A stretch of 64,000 nucleotides of DNA from Tubulanus polymorphus (GCF_964204645.1 NC_134032.1:4488175-4552174); one strand, 5' to 3'; shown: positions 35,870-46,563, counted from the first letter of the stretch. The notes: a model not told the origin generated them from the sequence alone. Numbers and translations: made by a program.

Positions 35870-38800
35870 TGGTGAGATGCCATCGTCTTTTTTAAATTAT
35901 TTATATCTGGAAATGCTGCGCTACACGGGGGGTATTAAATTCTCGATGACGTATGAGCCCTTCCACTTGTTTATCAGGCGGGGCATTTCAGAGGTCCTGA
36001 CGAACCGCATGCGGCCCCAGTACATCTCAGGGATCTGGCGAGGCGAAGGAACCTTAGTCAACTATAGATTGCGCAAGCCTGAGCTAAATGGAAAGCCCGT
36101 GCTCCCGAGCAGCATTATTAACAGCAATGGCTCTTACCTGGCCACCGTCGAGTGCGATCTCAAAATCGATCTCTATAAGGCAGGGGAGCTTGTGTACTCG
36201 CAGGCGCTGCCTATGGATTTTTTTAAGATCCCTGTTCCCGTCGGCTCGATCGCCTGCAATTTGATTGATTGCGATCCCAACGATGATCTCACCACCGAGC
36301 AGTACAGGGAGCTCATCTACAAGGCCATGCTTGAATATCCGCAAGAAATCGTCGGCCAAGACACGGCCCCACTGATCTTGGGCGGCAATATTTACACCAT
36401 GCTGACGATCAAAGACATGACGACAAATCACCCATTTTATAACTTTAAGCATGCGCCCAAAGACTCGACAGCGCCCTACCACATGACTGGCAATATGCTC
36501 TGCGAATCGACGACCTCGCACGCCATGAACCATGCATACTCGATTCAGCCCAATGGCGATGGCATGGAGTTTATTTGGCGCATTCATTCGCCGCCCATTG
36601 ACAGCATTTCTATGCCCTTTTCGATGATGTTTAAGCTGCAGGACCTGTTCTCTGAGCGGCTCATGACAGCCAAGATCATATCTTATGTGCGCCACGAGAT
36701 CGTCCCCAAGGCGCGCACGCTCCTGCTTCAGCTGTTTGAGTCCGATAAGACGCGCCAAATTGAGACCTTACACGGCGCTATGCAGTATCTATACAAGCTC
36801 TGCGACGAAACAGACACGCTCGTCAAACTGAAAAACAACTACGAGCAAGAGATGACGTCGCTTAAGATTTATAGAGTTTTTTATGCGCGCCTGTTTCCGC
36901 AAGTGGACAAAACGCACTCAAATGAGCAGGGCATCGAGCTCGCTGGCAAACTCATCGGCGAGGCCATCCAAAATTACTTGACTTATAAGCAGCCCGATCC
37001 CCTCAAACATAAAAAAATTGTAAACACCCAAATTAGGGCCTCTTACCAAGCCAGCTGCATGAGGACGCCCAATGAGTACAGCAAAAAGAACTTGACCTCG
37101 GCGCTGCATCCCAAAGTTTCGCGCGATATCAAAAAGTTCCTGAAATATTGTATAGAAAGCCTCATTATAAAAGAAGACTTCAACGTGGTCAACATGCCCA
37201 AACTCATCAAAAATCTAAAAGAGCTGCCCATCACAAAAGCCATTTCAGATGTGGAAATGAAGCGCCGAAACACAAAGGGGCAGGTCATATCAGAGGCCAC
37301 AAAGCGCCACCTAGTGGGCTCGCCTGGCCAAATGGGGCGGCAGGGGCGCGTAAACTCGATTAATACATATCAGGTATACAGCTCCGAAAACACCAACGTG
37401 CATTTTCGCTATAACTCTAAGGACTCGTTCCCATTTCAGTGCCCCCTGTCCACCCCTGAGGGCGAGCCGGGCAAAAATGCCATCCCCACGCCCACCTCCA
37501 TTTCATCGATCCCGACCATTCCCAAGTCAGAGGTCTTGCGCATTTTGCTAGAGAGCCTGCCCCTTTGCAATCACATCAACTGCTGCAATATCTTCTTTGA
37601 GCAGACCCTCTTGGGGCGCTATTGCGATCCGCGCAGGATTATGGACTTGCTGTTTGGGCTCAGGCGCACTAACAAGGACATGCGCGCGATGTCGATGCAC
37701 TACAATTCCGAACAGAACAACACTAGCATCTTTTACGCAGAGGGCACGCCGATGGTGCCCCTCATTCGCGTGGTGTCCAACGAGGCCGAAGTGGCGTACA
37801 AAAATCGCCCCCAAGACTTTTGCCAGAGCCTGGCGATTACGCCCGAAGATGTCTATGAGCTCGCGCGCGGCAATACAACCATGGAGCACTTTCTGAGCGC
37901 AGGGCTCATCGATTTTGTGTCGCCCAATGAGATCACGCACCTGCATCTTTGCGGCGACTATCGAGAATTTTGGCTAAATAGGCATAACATCGAAAAGGGC
38001 TATGATTATATGTGCATGCCTGAGCAGGCCCTTGACTCTATTATGGCCTCCAATCCCAATATCGACTCGGCGCCCTGCCAGCGAGGCACATTTGCCTGGT
38101 CGCAATCGAAGGGCTCTTCGGAAATTGTCAATGTGGCCGAACTTCGCCAAAAGCGCAGCGCAGGGCTCTTGTCCGCCAATGTGCCCTTCGGCCTGACGGT
38201 GTCTTCGCTCTTAAACTCCACGTATTATCTGATGCCGCTCACGGCACTGACTGTGCATGAGTATTCGCAGGAAGATGGCATCACTCTAAATTCGCATGCT
38301 GTGTCTCGCGATTTTGGGCTAAACCTTTGCTTGAGTAAATACACCAAGAAATTGGATAATAATGAAAAGCTATGCGCAAGAAAAGATTTGCAGTCGCCGC
38401 CGCTGTGGCTCGATGCGAATGGGCTGCCGGCCGTGGGGACGCGCCTTAAAAATGAGACGATCTGCTTTTATACCATGATCACCACTGAGCGCACTGGCAA
38501 AACTGTCCATACCTTTGCCTTTAATATCTCGAGCATCGTGACCTCGGCGACTTTGTCAGTGCACAATAACAACAAGGGCATCATTTGCATTGAATTTATA
38601 TATAATCAGCCCCTGGACATGTCTTCGAAGCTGTCGCAGATTACGGGCAATAAATCGGTTGTCTCGAAGCTCGTCAGCCCCATTGATTTGCCCAAGACCC
38701 CTGACGGCGTGGCGCCCACTGTGATTCAGCAGCCCATTATGACCCCCAAGCGCGCGATCTCCGATGAGTTGGTGGCCCTGAATTCATATTATACGATAGA

Positions 38801-39362
38801 AACAGGCATCTTTAACCTATATCAGCTGGGCAACAAAAAGTCTTTCATTCCGCCTTCGCCGCAGTTCCAAAAAAGCAACCACCTGACTGATCGGTGCATG
38901 ACCCACATGATTAGCCGCTATGGGGTGCCTTTCTTGCAGCCGGTGCTAATGGCGCCCATTCCCACGCGCCGCAGCGACAAGCAGGGCTCTGCTGAGTCTT
39001 ACCATACGATTAATCCTGCGATCAATCCTGCTACAAATCAGCCCCACCGCGGGGGGCGCTCGAAGAAGGGCTCGTTTAATCGGGGCGAAATGCAGCGCAA
39101 TTTGGACTGTGCCTGCGGGGCCACTACATACACATCTGCGACCTGCCCTGATCAGATCCAAATATACAACTGCTTGTACTGCAACGGCAAATGCATCAAT
39201 CACAAAGAGCGCGGAGTGTACTGCCCAAACTGCGGGCGCTCTAAATTTGAAGCGCTCACAATAACTTCCATGGGAGATAAGCTCATCACTAGGATGCAAT
39301 GCGCCAATATCACGCTGAGCCTAAAGACGCAGGGACCCTCATCTTATGGGATCCTTAAATGA
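35847..39362 (+). CDS. rpb2: Viral DNA-directed RNA polymerase, second-largest subunit (highly divergent)
   Basis: FKIPVPVGS, CPLSTPEG, YSQEDGI, LDANGLPAVG, SKLSQITGNKSV, QPHRGGRSKKG..GEMQR, C-terminal CxxC..CxxC; 1171 aa, no introns. Confidence 0.92.
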   Translation: MMALSKFDGEMPSSFLNYLYLEMLRYTGGIKFSMTYEPFHLFIRRGISEVLTNRMRPQYISGIWRGEGTLVNYRLRKPELNGKPVLPSSIINSNGSYLATVECDLKIDLYKAGELVYSQALPMDFFKIPVPVGSIACNLIDCDPNDDLTTEQYRELIYKAMLEYPQEIVGQDTAPLILGGNIYTMLTIKDMTTNHPFYNFKHAPKDSTAPYHMTGNMLCESTTSHAMNHAYSIQPNGDGMEFIWRIHSPPIDSISMPFSMMFKLQDLFSERLMTAKIISYVRHEIVPKARTLLLQLFESDKTRQIETLHGAMQYLYKLCDETDTLVKLKNNYEQEMTSLKIYRVFYARLFPQVDKTHSNEQGIELAGKLIGEAIQNYLTYKQPDPLKHKKIVNTQIRASYQASCMRTPNEYSKKNLTSALHPKVSRDIKKFLKYCIESLIIKEDFNVVNMPKLIKNLKELPITKAISDVEMKRRNTKGQVISEATKRHLVGSPGQMGRQGRVNSINTYQVYSSENTNVHFRYNSKDSFPFQCPLSTPEGEPGKNAIPTPTSISSIPTIPKSEVLRILLESLPLCNHINCCNIFFEQTLLGRYCDPRRIMDLLFGLRRTNKDMRAMSMHYNSEQNNTSIFYAEGTPMVPLIRVVSNEAEVAYKNRPQDFCQSLAITPEDVYELARGNTTMEHFLSAGLIDFVSPNEITHLHLCGDYREFWLNRHNIEKGYDYMCMPEQALDSIMASNPNIDSAPCQRGTFAWSQSKGSSEIVNVAELRQKRSAGLLSANVPFGLTVSSLLNSTYYLMPLTALTVHEYSQEDGITLNSHAVSRDFGLNLCLSKYTKKLDNNEKLCARKDLQSPPLWLDANGLPAVGTRLKNETICFYTMITTERTGKTVHTFAFNISSIVTSATLSVHNNNKGIICIEFIYNQPLDMSSKLSQITGNKSVVSKLVSPIDLPKTPDGVAPTVIQQPIMTPKRAISDELVALNSYYTIETGIFNLYQLGNKKSFIPPSPQFQKSNHLTDRCMTHMISRYGVPFLQPVLMAPIPTRRSDKQGSAESYHTINPAINPATNQPHRGGRSKKGSFNRGEMQRNLDCACGATTYTSATCPDQIQIYNCLYCNGKCINHKERGVYCPNCGRSKFEALTITSMGDKLITRMQCANITLSLKTQGPSSYGILK

Positions 39363-40434
39363 TTTCTTTGCGCCGAGGGGCGCCGGAGAGAAGCCATATG
39401 TGCGATTCGCTCCTGCCCCTGATATGATAGTCATGGGGTCCATGGCCCTCCCCAAATTTCAACAATGCCCAGAAGGGATTTTAGGAAGAAGCATTTTAGT
39501 GATAGGATGTTCTGGCAGTGGCAAGACCACGCTAGTCAGGTCTATGCTTCTGTCTTTAAAGTCATATGGGCATCCGGTTTTTTTAATAGCGCCAACGAAT
39601 ACACTCACCCCTGCTTTTTTTCCTGATTACATGTGGATGCCTTACGAAGACAGCACCGAGATATATATAGAGTCCCTTGAGAATCTGCAAAGCTCGCGCC
39701 TAAAATGGTTTCGGTCGTCAGAGCGCCGATGCCTGGCCACCGAATATTTAAATCGGGTCAATGCATTCGAAGACACTGTCGTCGTTCTCGGCGTCTTTAA
39801 TGAAAAGTGGCAGCGGGGGATGTCTGAGGATGATTATATATGGCACTTCTTTTCTCTCGTGCACAGAATGCTGATGCGCGCCACGCATGGGCACTTAGAT
39901 CACTATTTTGAAAAGCAAGATATATATCACATTAATTACATGTGCCGGAGGGTGCCATCTATCATCTTGGTACTCGATGACTTAGGGGGCTGCGCATACG
40001 ACAAGACATATAACCGAATTTCCATCAGGTATCGGCACCTCAACATCACAATGATCACGCTCTGCCATAGCGCCATTGATCTACATCCGCGAACGCGCCA
40101 CTCGGCAACCCACACCGTCATGTGCAGCAAAGACATCGCTGACTGGTTTTTTTCGCGCAACCTGATAGACCCAAAAAAATACAATCACGAGGAGATTCAG
40201 CAGACCCTGCGCGCCCTCTTCATCGAAGGGTCCAAGCGCTTCGTCATGAAATCTAAGGACCATGAGAACATCCCGAGTCCCTTTCTGTATGTGACGGCAG
40301 AGTATTCGTATGAGGGCTCGTACTATGAATGCAAAAGCCCCCATCACGCGCATCTGCTCGAAAAAAAAAATATAAACCTCGAACTAAAGCTCATGATCAT
40401 CATGCGACTAATAGAGCTTGAGATCTTAGTGTAA
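39346..40434 (+). CDS. A32-like virion packaging ATPase (asfarvirus B354L-type architecture)
   Basis: GCSGSGKT, ~150-aa insert, IILVLDD, RYRHLNIT, DLHPRTR; 362 aa. Confidence 0.85.
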   Translation: MGSLNDFFAPRGAGEKPYVRFAPAPDMIVMGSMALPKFQQCPEGILGRSILVIGCSGSGKTTLVRSMLLSLKSYGHPVFLIAPTNTLTPAFFPDYMWMPYEDSTEIYIESLENLQSSRLKWFRSSERRCLATEYLNRVNAFEDTVVVLGVFNEKWQRGMSEDDYIWHFFSLVHRMLMRATHGHLDHYFEKQDIYHINYMCRRVPSIILVLDDLGGCAYDKTYNRISIRYRHLNITMITLCHSAIDLHPRTRHSATHTVMCSKDIADWFFSRNLIDPKKYNHEEIQQTLRALFIEGSKRFVMKSKDHENIPSPFLYVTAEYSYEGSYYECKSPHHAHLLEKKNINLELKLMIIMRLIELEILV

Positions 40435-40448
40435 ACGCCGGGGGCCCT

Positions 40449-41639
40449 TCATAGCTTCTGACTGAGCATGCGGAAGGCCGGGCGCCCCACGGTTGACGCC
40501 GGCTTTTTAGGTGCGTCAGCGGGCCCTCCTTTTTTCCTTTTTTTTGCATAGGCGCCTCCGGTCAGAGTCATCTGTAGCGCCGTCTGCTTCATTTTCAGTC
40601 GATGCAGGATGTCAGGGCCCTCATAAAACATAAAATCTTGGCAGAAGGACTTGAGCGTCTGGGGGCTTTCGACGATGTCGTCTAAGTATTCGCCCTTTCC
40701 ATAACTTGATTGCAGGGAGATTGCCAACATCGCCGCCGGCATCGAAAAGCCAGTCGAGCCCCTAAAGCGCCTGCGCAAAAAGCACAGCTGGTCTATCAAA
40801 AAGATAAAGGAGTCATACTGGACCCGCTGCTGCTGGAGGGGCTGGTGATAGATCTGCATCAAATCGCCTAGAGAGGGCTGACTTTCGAGCTGCATCACAT
40901 TGGGGTAAGCCGCCTCTTTATACTCTAGCAGCTTTTCAATGGCCGGGATATGATCTTGCACTGCTCTCCCATACAAGTCGAGTGTGGTGGCCATGTCCAA
41001 GAGAAACCCTGTTTTACTAAGCTTTGGAAGCGCAGGGCTCTCATATAGAAATCCGCTAAGGGCTGCGAGGGCGATGTTGGGGGGGCTAGTCCTGAGCAAA
41101 AACTCTTTAATTTCGTCGCAGCCTGGGTGGAGCGAATTTATCATTAGGTTGGCGGCAATAGAGAGGCTGCGACCAGTCTTGGGCGTTTCCATCAGGCAAT
41201 CTGCGCAATAGACCAAGACATAGGCGATATTCGCTGCCTCCAGCTCCAAGAGAGCATCAGGGAGCAGTAGGCTCGTGCTCTCACAGATCTCTGCAATAAG
41301 ATCTTTATAAGTGCTGATGGCCCACTCTAGCTTTGTCGTAATGGAGCGGGCTGGCAGGCCCTGGCATGTTTGCGAAAGCGCCAAGGGCTTAAAATATTTA
41401 AAAAAGAAAGAGTGGCCATTTTTTTCAATACAAATCATGTGCGTGCTCTCAGAGTGTATGACTTTAAGGCCTGAGCATGTCAGCGCTGGATTTACAGCCG
41501 AAATGCAGTAATCGCCCACATCTAATTGCGAGCGCGTGGGGCACTGATCAGGCACCAATATGCACATCGAGCATTCCTGGTCGGTGCAGTATGCCAGGCA
41601 TGCCGCCGTGGTCTCGACTCTATCGCCTGATTCTGCCAT
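40449..41639 (-). CDS. Viral hypothetical protein (Cys-rich N-terminus, basic C-terminus)
   Basis: 396-aa intact ORF; KKRKK NLS-like tail. Confidence 0.75.
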   Translation of the reverse strand: MAESGDRVETTAACLAYCTDQECSMCILVPDQCPTRSQLDVGDYCISAVNPALTCSGLKVIHSESTHMICIEKNGHSFFFKYFKPLALSQTCQGLPARSITTKLEWAISTYKDLIAEICESTSLLLPDALLELEAANIAYVLVYCADCLMETPKTGRSLSIAANLMINSLHPGCDEIKEFLLRTSPPNIALAALSGFLYESPALPKLSKTGFLLDMATTLDLYGRAVQDHIPAIEKLLEYKEAAYPNVMQLESQPSLGDLMQIYHQPLQQQRVQYDSFIFLIDQLCFLRRRFRGSTGFSMPAAMLAISLQSSYGKGEYLDDIVESPQTLKSFCQDFMFYEGPDILHRLKMKQTALQMTLTGGAYAKKRKKGGPADAPKKPASTVGRPAFRMLSQKL

Positions 41640-41700
41640 CTCTCCTATTTAAGAAAAAAAAAGCCCGAGGCCTCTGATCTTTTTTGTATTATAGACCAGA

Positions 41701-42147
41701 ATGGATGAGCTAGGTGATTCTGCGATCGCGGCCATTGTGGTCATAATTCTTATGATTCTGATCTTGGTTACAGTCAGCATCATTAATATGGTCACTGTCA
41801 AGGGAATAGAGAGAGTCCTATTGCGCGACAATGGCCCACCCCCGCGCAGGCCCCTTGGCGCAGGGCCCCCGAGGAACCAGGGCGTGATCTCTACGATCCA
41901 CAAAGAGGGCCCTGATCCACCCGCAAAGATTGGGCCAAAGGAGCAAAGCGCAGGGGGCAAGCCCATCTTGTCAAAGGCGCTGATAGCCGATGAAAATCGC
42001 AAACGGCCACCCACCAATCTCAGCGATCCCGCAAAGGCGCCTGTTCCAAATTTAAAAAGGGCAGGGACTCGGCCGAATATTAGTAATACTAGGATTGCGC
42101 TGATGTCGGCTGTCTTGCCTTGGGCCAGCCCTGCCTTCCAGGGATGA
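41701..42147 (+). CDS. Viral single-pass membrane protein with Pro/basic tail
   Basis: TM at residues 8-30; TATA upstream; T7 run at 42159. Confidence 0.7.
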   Translation: MDELGDSAIAAIVVIILMILILVTVSIINMVTVKGIERVLLRDNGPPPRRPLGAGPPRNQGVISTIHKEGPDPPAKIGPKEQSAGGKPILSKALIADENRKRPPTNLSDPAKAPVPNLKRAGTRPNISNTRIALMSAVLPWASPAFQG

Positions 42148-42199
42148 GCAGGGGGTGCTTTTTTTCTCTATCGGCCGAGGCGCAAAAAAAAGGGGTAGG

Positions 42200-42466
42200 T
42201 TATTTTTTTTTTTCAGCAGCCACTGGGGGATTATGCGCCTTTTGCTCGACTTGCTGGGCAGCTTCGCTTATAATCTGAAGTTGCAGAGGGAGATTGGGCA
42301 TGTCTACACAATTATTGCGAAAATCATGCAGAATTGTGTTTACTTGCGCAATCGCCGCATCTGCCATCAAAGGATGACACTGGTCCCAGGCGATTTTAAT
42401 GGTAGTAAGGCAATCCCCAGGAGACATGTCTTTTAAGGCCTCGAGCGCTTTGGGATCACTGGACAT
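42200..42466 (-). CDS. Viral hypothetical protein (possibly the frameshifted 3' half of the upstream ORF)
   Basis: 88 aa; followed by a minus-strand T8 at 42184. Confidence 0.5.
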   Translation of the reverse strand: MSSDPKALEALKDMSPGDCLTTIKIAWDQCHPLMADAAIAQVNTILHDFRNNCVDMPNLPLQLQIISEAAQQVEQKAHNPPVAAEKKK

Positions 42467-42701
42467 CTGAGCGCGATCTCGATTTTGTGCTAGTTTGGAT
42501 GTCAGAGCTGCCTACACTGCTCGTTGAAAATGAGGACAGCGCCTGCTGAGATAGGCAACGGATCGATTCTGCTAAGGCGCACTCGGGGAGAGAATTGAGT
42601 TTTTGATCGTAATCTTCATGAGTAAATGACTCTAATTGGCTTTTGTATTTGTCTGCAATATCGGCCAGGTGAGTATTAATGTTTCCACTACTGTTAGCCA
42701 T
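42456..42701 (-). CDS. Viral hypothetical protein
   Basis: Likely start MANSS at 42701; overlaps the next ORF. Confidence 0.45.
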   Translation of the reverse strand: MANSSGNINTHLADIADKYKSQLESFTHEDYDQKLNSLPECALAESIRCLSQQALSSFSTSSVGSSDIQTSTKSRSRSDVQ

Positions 42702-43551
42702 GGCAGTTTCAATGTTTGTTGGGCCGATGTGTTGCGGCAAGACTAAACACATTCAATCATTAATGCAGAGAAATAAAAAATTAAATGGTGCGTATATCGT
42801 ACCTGCCGATATTCAAGTCAGCTTTAATAGCAGGGCTGAGCACTCTCTTGCACCCAATTTTTTCCCTTCTATGGACATAATCCCTATTTTTTCCCTCGAG
42901 AATCTCAGCAACACCATTGCGACTAAGGCCCTTAAAGAGTATGACACATTTATTGTGGCTGATTTACTATTCTATGATGGGCACCTCAAAGACAACAACA
43001 GCCACCAAGACTATGTCAGGCTCGCCAATAAACATGGCAACCACCTGCTCGAGTTTATAGACGAGTGCAAGAGCAAAGGCATAACAATCATTTTGCAAAG
43101 CAATCCGCGCTTTTTCGACAAATCGCCAGTACTGATCTGCGAGGTAATAGTCTCTTCTCCGCACTTAAGCGGCCGCGTGCGCGTTTTGCCAGGCTGCTGC
43201 TCTTATTATATGTGCCAGAGCACTCTTAGACCTTATGCGCAGCGCCTGACATCGCACAGCAAAAGCATACTCATTGACCGGCACCTGTACATGACTCTCT
43301 GCGACGATCACGTCGATTATACGGCGCCTGAGTTGCAGTCGATCTACATTACCTCTATGGTCTGGCACCTGACAGTTCCTGACAAAGGCGCCCTAGCCCT
43401 TTTCCGCGAATTTCAGGACAGGGGGGTGAGCGCCATCATTGGCACGGGCTGGGCTTTGCTGGTTAGTCATCTCTTGCACATGCCTCACAGCCCGCCGATT
43501 ACCATTTTCAATCTAGCAGAGAGGACTGCCAGGCCTGCAGGGATGCAATAG
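42700..43551 (+). CDS. tk: Thymidine kinase-like protein (type II fold), divergent, with C-terminal extension
   Basis: GPMCCGKT P-loop, SR motif, Zn-site C..C and lasso region RL..ILID..YMTLCDDH; Walker B reads IVADLLF. Confidence 0.7.
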   Translation: MAVSMFVGPMCCGKTKHIQSLMQRNKKLNGAYIVPADIQVSFNSRAEHSLAPNFFPSMDIIPIFSLENLSNTIATKALKEYDTFIVADLLFYDGHLKDNNSHQDYVRLANKHGNHLLEFIDECKSKGITIILQSNPRFFDKSPVLICEVIVSSPHLSGRVRVLPGCCSYYMCQSTLRPYAQRLTSHSKSILIDRHLYMTLCDDHVDYTAPELQSIYITSMVWHLTVPDKGALALFREFQDRGVSAIIGTGWALLVSHLLHMPHSPPITIFNLAERTARPAGMQ

Positions 43552-43733
43552 CGCTCGTTTCTGTGCTCGCAGAGGATGGGGCCCTTGAGATACACTTATA
43601 GCATATGCCTTTTTTTGCACAATCGGCGCAGGGGCCCAAAAAGGCAAAGGGCAAAAAAAAAGTTTAAAGCATCGGAGGACTGCTGCAGTCAGGCGCCCCT
43701 CTCTTAGATATTTTGCGGTGGCCCTGCGCTTAT

Positions 43734-44189
43734 TTATAGGTACTTAGCATAAAGAGGGCAGCCTTCTGCTTCGCCGAGTTCGTGATGTAGGTAGCCACCA
43801 CCCCAAGCCGGCCGGCGCCAGTCATGCCCTTCCCCGCCAAAGCCAGACCTGCACCCCTCGATATCAATAATTGGATGCTCTTTTTGCATGTCCAGCATGC
43901 CTGCACTCGCTAGGTCCCGCAAAAGCGATCGCTGATCCGGCCGCCACTGTCTTTCAATGCTGCTCATCGGCCTATGCTGACCCATCTCTTCCTTCATTAC
44001 CTGAATCACCTCATGCATGACGTTTACGAGGTTTATCATTTGGATGAGGGCTGGTTTCTTTAAATCCATAGGAAGATAGGTGTAGTAGTCTCTTCTGAAG
44101 GCGCGAAAAACGTCTAGGCAGTGCATTAGCTTAAAACCACATATGCGATACAGCGTCGCCCATTTCCCTTTATCAGATGAAAGCTCCAT
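43734..44189 (-). CDS. Viral helical orphan protein
   Basis: 151 aa; AT-rich upstream, T9 downstream. Confidence 0.65.
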   Translation of the reverse strand: MELSSDKGKWATLYRICGFKLMHCLDVFRAFRRDYYTYLPMDLKKPALIQMINLVNVMHEVIQVMKEEMGQHRPMSSIERQWRPDQRSLLRDLASAGMLDMQKEHPIIDIEGCRSGFGGEGHDWRRPAWGGGYLHHELGEAEGCPLYAKYL

Positions 44190-44346
44190 CGCGCCTATTT
44201 AAATAAATGGCAAAGAATGTCTATAAACTATAAATTGTGGGGGCGCCCCCTTCCGCTAGGAGATAAAAAAAACATAAGAACCCCCTCCCATGGAAGCCCG
44301 GCGCATGAAAGGGCTCTGCTAAAGCGGGCAGGAATCTCATCGCCCA

Positions 44347-44943
44347 TTAGATGCCTGATTCATTTGTATCTGATTTATTTTGTTTTGTAAGCTTGGGCAT
44401 GGGCAAGGTGCAGGTCAGAATCCCTTTTACAATCTCGTCTTTTAGCTCGCCAGGATAGTGGCGCACTGTGGCGAAAAAGGTATCAGCGTCTTTCAGTAAG
44501 CAATCCACTTTCGCGCGCCTTCTCAAGGATGCGGGCGTGGGCCAGTCGCATTCTTCGATCTGGGGCTCGTGCTGTTTTAGATACAAGGCGATAAGCTCGC
44601 CGTCTTGCACATCATCAAAAATGGGCCCATGCCCCTTAATCAAATCAGGGCTGCTCGCGCGCATTGCGAGGGCTTTGATCTGTCTCTTCAGCGTTCCCTT
44701 TAGGGCCGCGGCCAATAACACCTCTCCCTGCCCAGAAGTGTTTTCCTTCAGCTCTATATACACACTTTCGACTGCATATACGAGGGCGACCACCTTTTTA
44801 AAGAGGTGCTTATCAGAGTAATTAAGAGCACCCTCAGGGGAGCGGTCAATGGAAGAATCTAGGCGGGCCAGCAGGCCATCTAGCTCCGTGCAGGATCGGG
44901 CTAAAACGATCTTCCAGGACTCTATAGATGAATGCCCCGCCAT
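44347..44943 (-). CDS. Viral helical orphan protein
   Basis: Likely start MAGHSS; T8 downstream. Confidence 0.65.
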   Translation of the reverse strand: MAGHSSIESWKIVLARSCTELDGLLARLDSSIDRSPEGALNYSDKHLFKKVVALVYAVESVYIELKENTSGQGEVLLAAALKGTLKRQIKALAMRASSPDLIKGHGPIFDDVQDGELIALYLKQHEPQIEECDWPTPASLRRRAKVDCLLKDADTFFATVRHYPGELKDEIVKGILTCTLPMPKLTKQNKSDTNESGI

Positions 44944-45101
44944 CGTATCTATTTTTCCCAAAGTTATAAGCCCCCTGGGTAAAATCCTCTTTATATGGCG
45001 GCCGCGCGCCCCCTCTCTTTTTTTTCGCGGAATCAGGTCCCTGCCTAAGAGCGCCTCACTTCCGCACAAAAAAAAAGAAAGGGGGATAATGACAGACTGG
45101 T

Positions 45102-45464
45102 CTATGCTTGGGCCTGCGCCTGGCTGAACAGAGGGAAGCGAGGATCTTCGAGCAAATGCGCCATTTTAGCGCGATGTATCAAACTTATGAGGGTGGCCCG
45201 AGCAGCATTGGCCCTGTCTGCGCGCTGTTTCACTTGGTCTAGGTCGGGCAGAAGGGCATCTAACTTATGATTGGCCTGGTTAATTATCTGTAAGAGCTGC
45301 ATCGCGCCTTCTAAGCGATCTTTCTCTTTGGGGGCAGGAGGGGCCCCAGCATCGTCTGCACTGTTCTTTGTTAGGATGGCTATAAGAGAGACTACATCCT
45401 CAAAGCAGCTCTCGATTAGGGCCGTGTACCGCTCCACGCTGCTAGTGCTTGACATCGCGGCCAT
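45102..45464 (-). CDS. Viral helical orphan protein
   Basis: Coiled helices; T9 downstream; start codon uncertain. Confidence 0.6.
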   Translation of the reverse strand: MAAMSSTSSVERYTALIESCFEDVVSLIAILTKNSADDAGAPPAPKEKDRLEGAMQLLQIINQANHKLDALLPDLDQVKQRADRANAARATLISLIHRAKMAHLLEDPRFPLFSQAQAQA

Positions 45465-45587
45465 CAAACTTCCGTAAGTAAAGGCCAAAGCTAAAACAAT
45501 AACTTTTCATCGCCGCGTCGCCTAAAAAAAAGAGCGCATGGAAGAACTGAATGAATAGGGCTCTGGGCTAGCTCACTCCAAGGAAAT

Positions 45588-46043
45588 TTAATGGCCTCGA
45601 TGATAGCGAGCTTTCTCCTGCGCGTTCATGATGCCTGGGAATCTCCGATAACTCCTTGACTTATGCCAGCCTGCATATCTAAGATGGCGTCCTGTATAAC
45701 CCTTCACTATCTCACTCCAAGGAAACTCAAAGGCATCGAGGATATACAGCTTCTTTGTGTAGCTCAATACGACGTACAACCTGCGAATAACTGAGTTGAT
45801 CCGGCCATCTTCGAAATCTATACCTTTATCCTCGTAAGCTATGGACTTTCTCCCGACATTCATATGGCAAATATCATTTAAGAGCCCGACCGCCTCTTCA
45901 AGGGTCCTGTCCTCTACCGGGATGGGAGGGCTCTTAAAAGTGCCCATAAGATCTTGTTCTACATCCCATAAAATGATGTGCATCTGACGGCATTGGTATT
46001 GTATCATGTTAATATAGTCATGTTCACACTCGAATTCCAACAT
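45588..46043 (-). CDS. Viral orphan protein
   Basis: 151 aa; T8 downstream. Confidence 0.65.
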   Translation of the reverse strand: MLEFECEHDYINMIQYQCRQMHIILWDVEQDLMGTFKSPPIPVEDRTLEEAVGLLNDICHMNVGRKSIAYEDKGIDFEDGRINSVIRRLYVVLSYTKKLYILDAFEFPWSEIVKGYTGRHLRYAGWHKSRSYRRFPGIMNAQEKARYHRGH

Positions 46044-46245
46044 GGTGACAATTTAAATGCAGTGATAGCAAAGAATCTATAAAATCAGAATCTCTTGAAT
46101 CGCGCGCCCCCTCCCCTTTATGCGATCGCGGCCTGCCTAAGAAGGGCCCAGTGCCATCGAGGGCGCCCTGACGAAAAAAACAAAAAGAGCATCATGCAGG
46201 CGCCTGATACAACCCTGGGGCCGTTGACATGTCCACTGCGCTTGA

Positions 46246-46563
46246 TTATTCCTGCGCGATCCCACAGATGTCGTTATAGACGTCTGTAAAGCCCTTTTTT
46301 GCGCTCTTTATGACATTAGAGAGGTCCTTTTCAACAGCTCCAAAAACTCCCCGGTAGTAAGCCAGTTGCTCAGAAGTTTGATACTCGTTTGCATCGTGTA
46401 GACAATATAAAAGCCATATCAGGGCGTTGTCTGCGGTTTTCTTTCGCTCTATATACGGTTTGAGGTCGGCGAAGCAGGTGGGGCGCCCATCCTGGACGAT
46501 CGCATCTCGAGCCAACCGCACGTTAGCCAGGGACTTTTCCCAGGCGCGTAAAAAATCAGCCAT
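46246..46563 (-). CDS. Viral helical orphan protein
   Basis: Likely start MADFLR; TATATATAG upstream; T7 downstream. Confidence 0.6.
   Translation of the reverse strand: MADFLRAWEKSLANVRLARDAIVQDGRPTCFADLKPYIERKKTADNALIWLLYCLHDANEYQTSEQLAYYRGVFGAVEKDLSNVIKSAKKGFTDVYNDICGIAQE

Noticed and set aside
36084-39299. Antisense ORFs within RPB2 and other viral genes
   Set aside because: Shadow frames of GC-rich coding DNA, lacking their own AT-rich promoter and T-run.
35847-39362. Host RNA polymerase II subunit or bacterial contamination
   Set aside because: Far too divergent for a cellular RPB2/RpoB, intronless, overlapping a viral packaging ATPase, and without Shine-Dalgarno/operon context.
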